Shown here: piece by piece, positions 17,740 through 25,195 of the stretch
How the letters are laid out: every line of letters starts with the position of its first letter
Position numbering within the stretch: position 1 is the stretch's first letter
Assembly: GCA_017450585.1 (NCBI GenBank)
Contig: JAFSTI010000030.1
Location: 110-64,109 of the forward strand
Reading direction: 5' to 3'
Length of the DNA stretch: 64,000 nucleotides
From: Bacteroidales bacterium
GTDB taxonomy: Bacteria; Bacteroidota; Bacteroidia; Bacteroidales; UBA932
The notes under the pieces: model-generated
What the model was told of the DNA's origin: nothing
Database searches by the model: none
What the model saw: only the letters and a program-made list of their open reading frames with translations
Made by a program: the position numbers and the translations under genes

Positions 17740-19026
17740 TTATTTCAAATATTCTTTTCTTTCATAAACTATCGCGCCGCCGTGCATGGTGAGCGCGCAT
17801 CTTCCTTTAACGGCCCAGCCTTCGAACGGGGTCGCGTGGCCCTTGCTAAGGAATTCGTCCGGATTGACGAAGTAGCGGTTCGACGTGTCAAATACAGCTA
17901 GTTCCGCAAGCGCCCCTTCTTCCAGTTCCGCCGGCCTCAGTGTGAAAAGTCGGCGTGGATTGTCACTCATAAGGCGGATGAGCTGCGAGGCATTGATGAT
18001 ACCGCGCTGTACGAGCCTGGTATAGAGGACCGGGAAGGCTGTTTCTAGTCCTACCACTCCGAATGCGCTCTCCTGCAGACCCTTCCCCTTCTGCTCGGCA
18101 GTGTGCGGGGCATGGTCTGTGGCAATTATGTCGATCGTCCCGTCCTTGATGCCCTGAATCAGAGCCATCCTATCCTGCTCACTGCGAATCGGCGGATTCA
18201 TCTTAAAACGTCCGTCTTCTTCTATGTCCCGGTCAATGAGTGCGAGGTAATGTGGCGCAGTCTCGCACGTGACCTTTACTCCGCGTTTTTTCGCTTTCCG
18301 GATAAGATCGACGCTTTCTTTTGTGGAAATATGGCAGACGTGATAGCGGCATCCGGTCTCAGCGGCCAGTTTCAGGTCCCGCTCGATCTGTCCCCATTCG
18401 CTGCGGGAGCAGATGCCCTTGTGCCCATGGAGGCCTGCGTAGCTGCCCTGATGGATATATCCGCCGTTCAGAAGTGAATTATCCTCGCAGTGTGCAGCCA
18501 GGATGCAGTCGTTCTCGGCAATAAGTCTCATCGCCTCTTCCATGGCCTTTTCGTCCTGCACGCCGCTGCCGTCGTCGGAGAACGCGACGGCCTTGCCCTT
18601 AAGCGACTTTACATCCACAGGCTCGAGGCCTTTTCTACCTTTCGTAATGGTGGCGTAAGGGAGGACGTCGATGCAGGCGTTCTCGTCGATGAGTTTCTGT
18701 TCTATGGCAATGTTTTCAAGGCTGTCTGGGGCCGGATTGAGGTTCGGCATGGTGCAGACAGCGGTGAATCCGCCGGCCGCAGCCGCCATGGAGCCTGTCT
18801 TTATTGTTTCTTTCTCCGGATTGCCGGGTTCGCGGAAGTGCACGTGTACATCGGCGAGCGCGGGTGTGACAATGCATCCGTGAGCGTCGAGGATCTTTAT
18901 GCCTTCCGGGATCTGTATGTCGCGGGCAATCTGTGCGATAATACCGTCGCGCACAAGCAGGTCCGCTTTACGCGAACCCTGGGAGTCAAGAATGACTCCG
19001 TTTCGTATCAGAATCGATTCAGACAT
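17740..19026 (-). CDS. pyrC: Dihydroorotase (type I)
   Basis: DVHVHFREPG, MPNLNP, CHIS, KMNPP and ATDHAPH motifs; ATG at 19026 preferred over the upstream TTG. Confidence 0.96.
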   Translation of the reverse strand: MSESILIRNGVILDSQGSRKADLLVRDGIIAQIARDIQIPEGIKILDAHGCIVTPALADVHVHFREPGNPEKETIKTGSMAAAAGGFTAVCTMPNLNPAPDSLENIAIEQKLIDENACIDVLPYATITKGRKGLEPVDVKSLKGKAVAFSDDGSGVQDEKAMEEAMRLIAENDCILAAHCEDNSLLNGGYIHQGSYAGLHGHKGICSRSEWGQIERDLKLAAETGCRYHVCHISTKESVDLIRKAKKRGVKVTCETAPHYLALIDRDIEEDGRFKMNPPIRSEQDRMALIQGIKDGTIDIIATDHAPHTAEQKGKGLQESAFGVVGLETAFPVLYTRLVQRGIINASQLIRLMSDNPRRLFTLRPAELEEGALAELAVFDTSNRYFVNPDEFLSKGHATPFEGWAVKGRCALTMHGGAIVYERKEYLK

Positions 19027-19038
19027 AACCAAATAATC

Positions 19039-19070
19039 AACAAAAAAGCAGACAGAAAACTGCCTGCTTT
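19039..19070 (-). terminator. Intrinsic terminator in the 5' leader of the pyr-pur operon (attenuator)
   Basis: Minus strand AAAGCAGGCAG-TTTT-CTGTCTGCT-TTTTTGTT: 9-11 bp stem (one G-U) followed by a U tract, just upstream of pyrC. Confidence 0.75.
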
Positions 19071-19152
19071 AATCCTCTAGCGGAGGGAATATGCCCTGCT
19101 GCACGCTGCAGCCCGGGGTCCCGAGGGATGATGCATAATTCCTTCCTTTCAT
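19069..19152 (-). CDS. Putative 27-aa leader peptide (MKGRNYASSLGTPGCSVQQGIFPPLED)
   Basis: ATG lies 7 nt after the TAACTTTG box and the TAA stop runs directly into the terminator stem; below the ORF-track length cutoff. Confidence 0.45.
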   Translation of the reverse strand: MKGRNYASSLGTPGCSVQQGIFPPLED

Positions 19153-19167
19153 AACTTTGCAAAGTTA
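19152..19167. promoter_or_regulatory. Perfect 16-bp palindrome TAACTTTGCAAAGTTA carrying a Bacteroidetes -7 box on both strands
   Basis: TAnnTTTG consensus on both strands, between the divergent pyrC and DUF4923 genes. Confidence 0.65.
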
Positions 19168-19242
19168 CCCAATTTTTTTTTGTACGAAACATTTTTTTTA
19201 GGATATTTGCGATGATTTACGAACACACAATTGTTAATAAAT

Positions 19243-19854
19243 ATGAAAAAGATTATCGTTGCCATTCTGGCTATCGTCCTGGCCGCAGGTACGGCCAGCG
19301 CTCAGGGCAGCTTGCTTGACAAGCTCAAGGGTATTGCGAATGAGGCTGCTTCACAGGTTCTCGGCTCTGTGATCAAGGTTTCTCTGCCCGGCACATGGGT
19401 GTATCAAGGCTGCGCTGTAGATGTTACAGCCGGTGATAAGGTGTCCACCATCGCCGCTAACGCAGCCATGGTCACCGTCGAGGAGAAAGCTGACAACCTG
19501 CTTGCCAAGGGCGGTATCAAGGCCGGTGTCGCCACCTTTGTATTTAACGAGGACGGCACCTTCTCTCTCGTAGGCGAGAAAAAAGCCATGAACGGCACAT
19601 ATACATATGATCAGGAGTCTGGAAACGTAGTACTGAAGTTCGGAAAGCTGCTGAATGTCCTGACAATGGAAGGCGTCGTAAAACTGACTACCGACGGCTG
19701 CGAAATGCTCTTCGATGCCGATAAATTCCTCTCATTCGTAAAGAAGGTTCTCACCAACGCCAAGGTAAAGAACTACTCCGAAACCCTCTCTACCCTCGCC
19801 CCCGTCATCGAAAGCCTCACCGGCGCCGATATCGGCTTCAAACTGAAGAGATAG
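19243..19854 (+). CDS. Secreted lipocalin-like protein (DUF4923-like)
   Basis: Signal peptide MKKIIVAILAIVLAAGTASA; GTWVYQG and GTYTYD motifs typical of this Bacteroidales family. Confidence 0.7.
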   Translation: MKKIIVAILAIVLAAGTASAQGSLLDKLKGIANEAASQVLGSVIKVSLPGTWVYQGCAVDVTAGDKVSTIAANAAMVTVEEKADNLLAKGGIKAGVATFVFNEDGTFSLVGEKKAMNGTYTYDQESGNVVLKFGKLLNVLTMEGVVKLTTDGCEMLFDADKFLSFVKKVLTNAKVKNYSETLSTLAPVIESLTGADIGFKLKR

Positions 19855-19856
19855 AT

Positions 19857-20456
19857 TCAACTCAAGTGCTCGACCAGCACTTTGACACCGATTGCGATCA
19901 GAATTAATCCGCCCAGAAGCTCGGGGCGGATTTTTTTTGTGATGCCGGCGCCGAACTTCTTACCCAACTCTGAGCCGACAATGCTCATCACGAACGAAAC
20001 TGCACCTATCATTATCAGCGGGACGACCAGCTGATCAATAGTATCATATCCTGTGCACGCGAAACTAATTCCTATGGCCAGGGCGTCAATACTTGTTGCA
20101 ACAGCCAGGACGAGCTGAGTCTTAAGACGGCCCGGATCCATCGTTTTTTCTTCCTCTTCCTTGAATGCCTCTACGATCATTTTTCCACCCATAAACGCCA
20201 GCATCGCAAACGCGATCCAATGGTCCACGGCCTGTAACTGCTCACTGAACCGGCTAGTCAGGAACCAACCGATAAGCGGCATCATGGCCTGAAATACTCC
20301 AAAAAGCAGCGCCAGGCGCAGCGCCGACACACTTCCTCCGTTTCCTGACGACCGCGGCGCCGTGACACGTCTATCACCGGCAATCATACCACACACGGTA
20401 GACACCGTAAAGCAATCCATCGCCAGCGCCAAAGCTATCAGAACAATCTCAAGCAT
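19857..20456 (-). CDS. mntP: Manganese efflux pump MntP
   Basis: ALAMDCFTVS, FGVFQAMMP, DHWIAF, ATSIDALAIG and ELLGGLILIAIG motifs; start at ATG 20456, downstream of the promoter box. Confidence 0.9.
   Translation of the reverse strand: MLEIVLIALALAMDCFTVSTVCGMIAGDRRVTAPRSSGNGGSVSALRLALLFGVFQAMMPLIGWFLTSRFSEQLQAVDHWIAFAMLAFMGGKMIVEAFKEEEEKTMDPGRLKTQLVLAVATSIDALAIGISFACTGYDTIDQLVVPLIMIGAVSFVMSIVGSELGKKFGAGITKKIRPELLGGLILIAIGVKVLVEHLS
19906..19938 (+). terminator. Intrinsic terminator for the DUF4923 gene, embedded antisense in the mntP 3' end
   Basis: AATCCGCCC (19906-14)/GGGCGGATT (19924-32) stem followed by a T8 run. Confidence 0.65.
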
Positions 20457-20485
20457 AATACTCCTCTCTATTTGCGAAGCCGCCG

Positions 20486-20493
20486 CAAATATA
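20486..20493 (-). promoter_or_regulatory. Bacteroidetes -7 promoter box (TATATTTG) for mntP
   Basis: Exact TAnnTTTG match about 30 nt upstream of the ATG. Confidence 0.6.
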
Positions 20494-20750
20494 ACGAATC
20501 TTTCCGGCCTTTTCCCCGACCGGCATGAGAATACCGCCATCGCATAGACCCTTCACTTCGTTTTTCAGTTTATGACAACACACAGGCAGATATACTGATT
20601 ATCAACGCGGTAAACAATATTTTGAGCATCGGATTGCAGTTTTTTCGACTCAAAAACAGGCTTTGATTCGCAAGAATTCTCCAAAACTTTGCTAATTTAG
20701 CATGCAACTTGCAAAGGCAGTACTAAGTTGCACAATTAAAACACTGAATT

Positions 20751-21851
20751 ATGAAAACCGCATACAGAATTCTGACTGCAGCGATGAGCATCGCTATCGC
20801 TTTCAGCATGAGCACGACTAATATCGGAGCCCAGAACCGCACGACGAGGACTGAGCGCGAAAAGACGACCACTACGACTGCAACCAAGTCGCCGGCCACT
20901 ACCACTCAGTCGACCAGTACCCGCTCCAGCAGCCCGAGCACGGCTACGCAGTCCACCAGGACCACTAGCACCACCCGTTCATCCAGTTCGGGCACGACTA
21001 AGCAAAGCGGCGCGACTTCTAATTCCAGCAAGCAAACCACTCCGGCCAGCACGTCTTCCAAGACCACATCTACGACCAGGAGTTCATCTTATACTTCCGG
21101 CAGGAGTTCCAGCCCTAAACCGGAGCCTAAGCCTGAATCTAAACCTGATACTGAAATTAAGCCCGCCACGACGCCGTCATCCAACGGCCCTACCCGTAGC
21201 GTTAATCAGTATAAGAATCAGATGAACACCACTCAGGTGACCGGCTCGAAGACTGGAAAAGAGAGTGTCGCTCCTCCGAAGAACGAGACTAAGAACGGTC
21301 CCAGCTCTTATTCTAAGCCGTCTTCTCCTGCGAGCAAATTCAAGCCCGGCGACAAATACCATGCTCCTGAACAGCACTGGTCAGCCGGACGTCCGGTACG
21401 CGAGCACAGGATGCTCCCGCCCCACAGGACTTATTACTATGGTCACAGGGAGCCCTTCATCCACGGTTATCGTACGGTTACCTTCTTCGGGCACACCTAC
21501 TACGTGATCGGAGACACTTACTACCGCCGTCATGACAATGCATATTATGTTTGCCGTCCTCCTGTCGGAGCGATCATAAACATCAATATCAATTACATGA
21601 ACAAAGGCCGTATAGGTCGCCAGACCTACTACTACGATGACGGAGTCTTCTTCGTGATGAGGCCGGACCGCCGCTACGAAGTGGTCAATCCCCCTGTCGG
21701 AGCGATTGTCTCCTGGATCCCTGAAGATTATGACATCATCATGATTGACGGATTTGAGTACTATCGCGTGGACAATACCATCTACCGCGTAGTTAGAATC
21801 TGGGGACGCTATTACTTCGAGGTAGCCGGACAGATCGAATACGAGTATTGA
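20751..21851 (+). CDS. Secreted Ser/Thr-rich protein with C-terminal DUF6515-like Tyr-rich repeats
   Basis: Signal peptide, long S/T/P low-complexity tract, then repeated G-x-x-YY / PPVGAI motifs. Confidence 0.65.
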   Translation: MKTAYRILTAAMSIAIAFSMSTTNIGAQNRTTRTEREKTTTTTATKSPATTTQSTSTRSSSPSTATQSTRTTSTTRSSSSGTTKQSGATSNSSKQTTPASTSSKTTSTTRSSSYTSGRSSSPKPEPKPESKPDTEIKPATTPSSNGPTRSVNQYKNQMNTTQVTGSKTGKESVAPPKNETKNGPSSYSKPSSPASKFKPGDKYHAPEQHWSAGRPVREHRMLPPHRTYYYGHREPFIHGYRTVTFFGHTYYVIGDTYYRRHDNAYYVCRPPVGAIINININYMNKGRIGRQTYYYDDGVFFVMRPDRRYEVVNPPVGAIVSWIPEDYDIIMIDGFEYYRVDNTIYRVVRIWGRYYFEVAGQIEYEY

Positions 21852-23332
21852 TGAAATTATCGGGACACCTGATCGCATTGCTCGCCGCCCTGCTCTACGG
21901 GGCGGCGGCTTTTGCTTCTGACAAAGTCCCGACCATAAAACTCGAAAACCACCTCATCGCAAGCACGTGCGACTCAGCGGCATTCTGGACTTACTCTAAC
22001 ACCGGCGGACTGATTCCCAAATCCGGCAATTCATATCTGGGATTATTGTCAATAGCCCCTCCGCAACCCTTGTCCCTGGGCGGAGCCTTTACAATGGATT
22101 ACGGTGCCTCACTTGCAGTCCCTTATACCGGAGGCCATGAAAAGGCGTTTGCCGGAGCAAATGCGGAAAGACCTGTGCCCGGAGAGTTATTTGTCGGGCT
22201 CCGTTGGAATAAGGTCTCCGCTGACTTCGGCATTAGAAAACGTCAGCTCGAACATGAAGAAATCAGCGTCAGCGGCGGTGATATAAGCTGGTCCGGTAAT
22301 GCCCGTAACCTGCCGGGAGTTGCTTTCACACTGAATGAATACACACTCCCCTTCGCACGTAAACTCTCTATCCGGGGGCAGTGGGGTGATTATGTCATGC
22401 CCGGTCCACGATACATCACTAATCCTCTTCTCCATCATGAAGAGGGATACCTGACATGGAGTATCACACCCAGACTCAGTTTTACCGCAGGACTGGAAGA
22501 CTGGGGAATCTGGGCCGGAACCACCGAAGATGGCACCAGGCTTCCGGTAACGTTCGGAAGATATCTGTCGGTGGTGACCGGCGGGGCCGGTTCGGCCGGA
22601 GACAGTGAGATGGACAAGGAAAATGCCCTTGGAAATCATTTGGGTCGTACCCTGATGCGTTTAAACTGGCGGGGAGACGGATACTCTCTTTCGTTATCCA
22701 AGGACAGCCCGTTTGAAGACCGCTCCGGAATGGTTCAGAAGAACTTCCCGGATGGTATCTGGACACTGGCATACAGCACAGAAAAAGACTCGTGGATTTC
22801 AGATGCCGTACTGGAATTAATTTACACGAAAAATCAGTCAGGAGAAGTTCACGCCCGCGAGGCTACAGAGGAAGAAAAGGCCTTGCAGGATCCTGAGAGT
22901 ATTAATTACGGCTGGGTCGTAACCGGCGGCTGTGACGCATACTTCAACCATATGGAGTATCGCAGCGGCTGGACTCATTATGGCAGGACTGTCGGAATTC
23001 CCCTGTTTATTCCGCAGGGTCTGGACGCTAATGGCATCTGTCCCGGAGTGGCTTGTAATTCTCTAAGTGGTCTCAATATCGGACTCAGAGGAAAACTCTT
23101 CCATACGCTTCCCTACTCATTCCGTACCACGGCAGTGCGGCACTATGGGTGCAAATTCCAGCGGGATCCTGTTTTTCAGATACCAATGACGCAGTATTCT
23201 TCATCGCTGGTCGTCACTATCCCCAAGACGCTATTTGCCGACTCGATCCGTTTCGGCCTCTACACCGACTTCGGCAGTCTCTACCCCGCCCGGCTCTCCG
23301 CTTCCCTCACACTCACCTACCGCCTCCTCTAA
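21848..23332 (+). CDS. Capsule assembly Wzi-family outer-membrane beta-barrel
   Basis: Signal peptide; SGNARNLP, NALGNHLG, YFNHMEYRSGWTHYGRTVGIP motifs; C-terminal LTYRLL beta-strand. Confidence 0.8.
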   Translation: MMKLSGHLIALLAALLYGAAAFASDKVPTIKLENHLIASTCDSAAFWTYSNTGGLIPKSGNSYLGLLSIAPPQPLSLGGAFTMDYGASLAVPYTGGHEKAFAGANAERPVPGELFVGLRWNKVSADFGIRKRQLEHEEISVSGGDISWSGNARNLPGVAFTLNEYTLPFARKLSIRGQWGDYVMPGPRYITNPLLHHEEGYLTWSITPRLSFTAGLEDWGIWAGTTEDGTRLPVTFGRYLSVVTGGAGSAGDSEMDKENALGNHLGRTLMRLNWRGDGYSLSLSKDSPFEDRSGMVQKNFPDGIWTLAYSTEKDSWISDAVLELIYTKNQSGEVHAREATEEEKALQDPESINYGWVVTGGCDAYFNHMEYRSGWTHYGRTVGIPLFIPQGLDANGICPGVACNSLSGLNIGLRGKLFHTLPYSFRTTAVRHYGCKFQRDPVFQIPMTQYSSSLVVTIPKTLFADSIRFGLYTDFGSLYPARLSASLTLTYRLL

Positions 23333-23377
23333 CCCGCCCTGCAGCAGACTTACTGTCGTCTGCGGACCGGGGTTTTG

Positions 23378-23484
23378 CTTAACGGTCTGGCGGGACTGAA
23401 GAACAGCAGCGTTACTCAGCCGCAGGCCCGAAGGGCCGAGAATGGACGTAGCGCTGTTCTGGCACGTCACGCCAGACCGTCAAG
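23378..23484. repeat. 107-nt rod-like imperfect palindrome between convergent genes
   Basis: 19-bp outer stem (23378-96/23466-84), 8-bp stem (23400-07/23453-60) and apical GGCCC-GAA-GGGCC. Confidence 0.7.
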
Positions 23485-23497
23485 AGCAGCCAGAGCG

Positions 23498-25192
23498 TCA
23501 GTCGACGTAGTTGATGGTCGCGGAAGCGCCGAAGGTTGAATCGCTGCCGATACGTATATGCGCAGGACCGCTGCAACCTTCGATAGAGCGGATCAGCACC
23601 TGTGCCCGGCCCTGATAAGCCTTCATCAGAAGAATCTGCGGAATACTCCACTCCCGGACTGTTTCCCGAAACGCCGGATCTGCGTTGCAATAGCCTAACA
23701 GACATACAGGAGCAAACTTCTGAGCGTTACGGGCATCCTCCTCAGGAATACCGAACGCCGTAGTCATATCCTTATCCACATAAATATACAGATCCTTCTC
23801 GATAGGGGCATCATTGCCATTATCATCCACCAGCCACACATCAGCCACGATAATATCCTGGCCGTCAGACTTCAGTTCAGTCTTTGAAAGGGACATCATG
23901 ATACTCTCAGCCTTCTTGCGCGACTTCTTGACCTTCCCCTCCTTTACCGGCTGCCTCAGAGCCGTAGAAGCTGAAAACTCATGAATCGGACGCGAAGGAT
24001 CCAGACGGCGGGCCAGCACCTTATCCCGCTCGAAAGAAGGACTCTGAGCCACATCCCACATCACGATGCAGGGGTGATTGCCATCACGACGCACCGCAGC
24101 TTCTACATCATCTACCTGGTCAATCAGCAGAAATCCCAGCTCATCGCACACATCCAGAAGAGCGGACGGGGCATTATGAGCCCTGACGCAGTTATATCCG
24201 GCGGCCTTCTTAGATTCCACCAGATAACGCCAATAGCCAGCCGGGACAGCACTTCCCACAGGGATATAGAAATCCTCGAGCGAACAGGCCGAAACCGTGA
24301 TTTGTTTACCGTTCAGGCTACAGTCGATCCCTCCGTCGTCGGAAGTAAAGGTACGCACGTAAAGAGGGGTGCGCAGCTCATCCACGATATTGCCGCCACG
24401 AATAACCAGCGTCCTCAGGCTATAGGCATACGGCAGGCCGAAATCCCATACGACCGGATAGTCGAAGGACAGCGTCTGCTCGTAAGACGTCTCGCTGAAC
24501 GGAATACTGTAATCCAAAGAGATCTGACTCTCGCAGATAGCAGTGCCGATAGCGTCCTCCAGATATTGCTTCACGCTCACATACTCTTCCGCTTCCGGGT
24601 CACTGTTTGAAACGGTTGTATAGACCGTCACATTGCACCGGGAACCGAAAACTTCGGTATTATAACGTACATTCGATACAGAAACAGCCGGACTCTTATA
24701 TAGCCATGCATCACCGCAAAGTCCTGCGCCTACATAAGTATCAGATTCTTTCATCTGCGCTTCAACGCGGATAAGGAGCTCATTGTCACGGCCATACGCC
24801 AGATAATTCGTCAGTTCGAACGTCCCGTCGCCCGAGGGACGGACCTCGGCGTCATTGCAATAAACATTGCACCGGGACAGCACCCCATCCAGGTCCAGGA
24901 CAATTCTCATCCCCTTGTCGGACTCAGGGATGGAAAGCACCTTCTTGTACCAGCCGGCGCTGTTTTCCGCGTATTTCCAGCCGACCATCTTTTCGGTCCT
25001 GGCCGGAATATATGGCAGGTCTACCACCCAGTCATGCGGGAGGCTGACAGTGCTCCATTTAGCCTCGGACAGGTCAAAACCAGCGTACTGGGCGAAGGAC
25101 CAGCCATTGTTAAGGAAAATCTTCTCACGTCCTTCGGCAAGCGCGGAACACATAAGTATAAGAAGCAGGGCAGAAAACAGTCTCTTGTACAT
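23498..25192 (-). CDS. Degenerate GH2 (beta-galactosidase-like) protein, catalytic barrel truncated
   Basis: Signal peptide; GH2 N-terminal domain (VSLPHDW, GWYKK), CDELGFL and RDGNHPCIVMW motifs; the acid/base NE is replaced and the barrel's second half is missing. Confidence 0.75.
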   Translation of the reverse strand: MYKRLFSALLLILMCSALAEGREKIFLNNGWSFAQYAGFDLSEAKWSTVSLPHDWVVDLPYIPARTEKMVGWKYAENSAGWYKKVLSIPESDKGMRIVLDLDGVLSRCNVYCNDAEVRPSGDGTFELTNYLAYGRDNELLIRVEAQMKESDTYVGAGLCGDAWLYKSPAVSVSNVRYNTEVFGSRCNVTVYTTVSNSDPEAEEYVSVKQYLEDAIGTAICESQISLDYSIPFSETSYEQTLSFDYPVVWDFGLPYAYSLRTLVIRGGNIVDELRTPLYVRTFTSDDGGIDCSLNGKQITVSACSLEDFYIPVGSAVPAGYWRYLVESKKAAGYNCVRAHNAPSALLDVCDELGFLLIDQVDDVEAAVRRDGNHPCIVMWDVAQSPSFERDKVLARRLDPSRPIHEFSASTALRQPVKEGKVKKSRKKAESIMMSLSKTELKSDGQDIIVADVWLVDDNGNDAPIEKDLYIYVDKDMTTAFGIPEEDARNAQKFAPVCLLGYCNADPAFRETVREWSIPQILLMKAYQGRAQVLIRSIEGCSGPAHIRIGSDSTFGASATINYVD

Positions 25193-25195
25193 AAA

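Noticed and set aside
19071-19084. PyrR-binding site (TCCGCTAGAGGATT on the - strand)
   Set aside because: One base longer than the ARUCCNGNGAGGYU consensus, the upstream CUUUAA element is missing, and there is no pyrR in the window.
20596-20604. TGATTATCA as a Fur/MntR box upstream of mntP
   Set aside because: Only a 9-bp core without the 7-1-7 flanks, and about 100 bp from the promoter; too weak to call.
23410-23445. SRP (4.5S) RNA call for the rod-like hairpin
   Set aside because: CAGGCCCGAAGGGCCGAG lacks the GNRA tetraloop and the AGCA half of the conserved symmetric loop.
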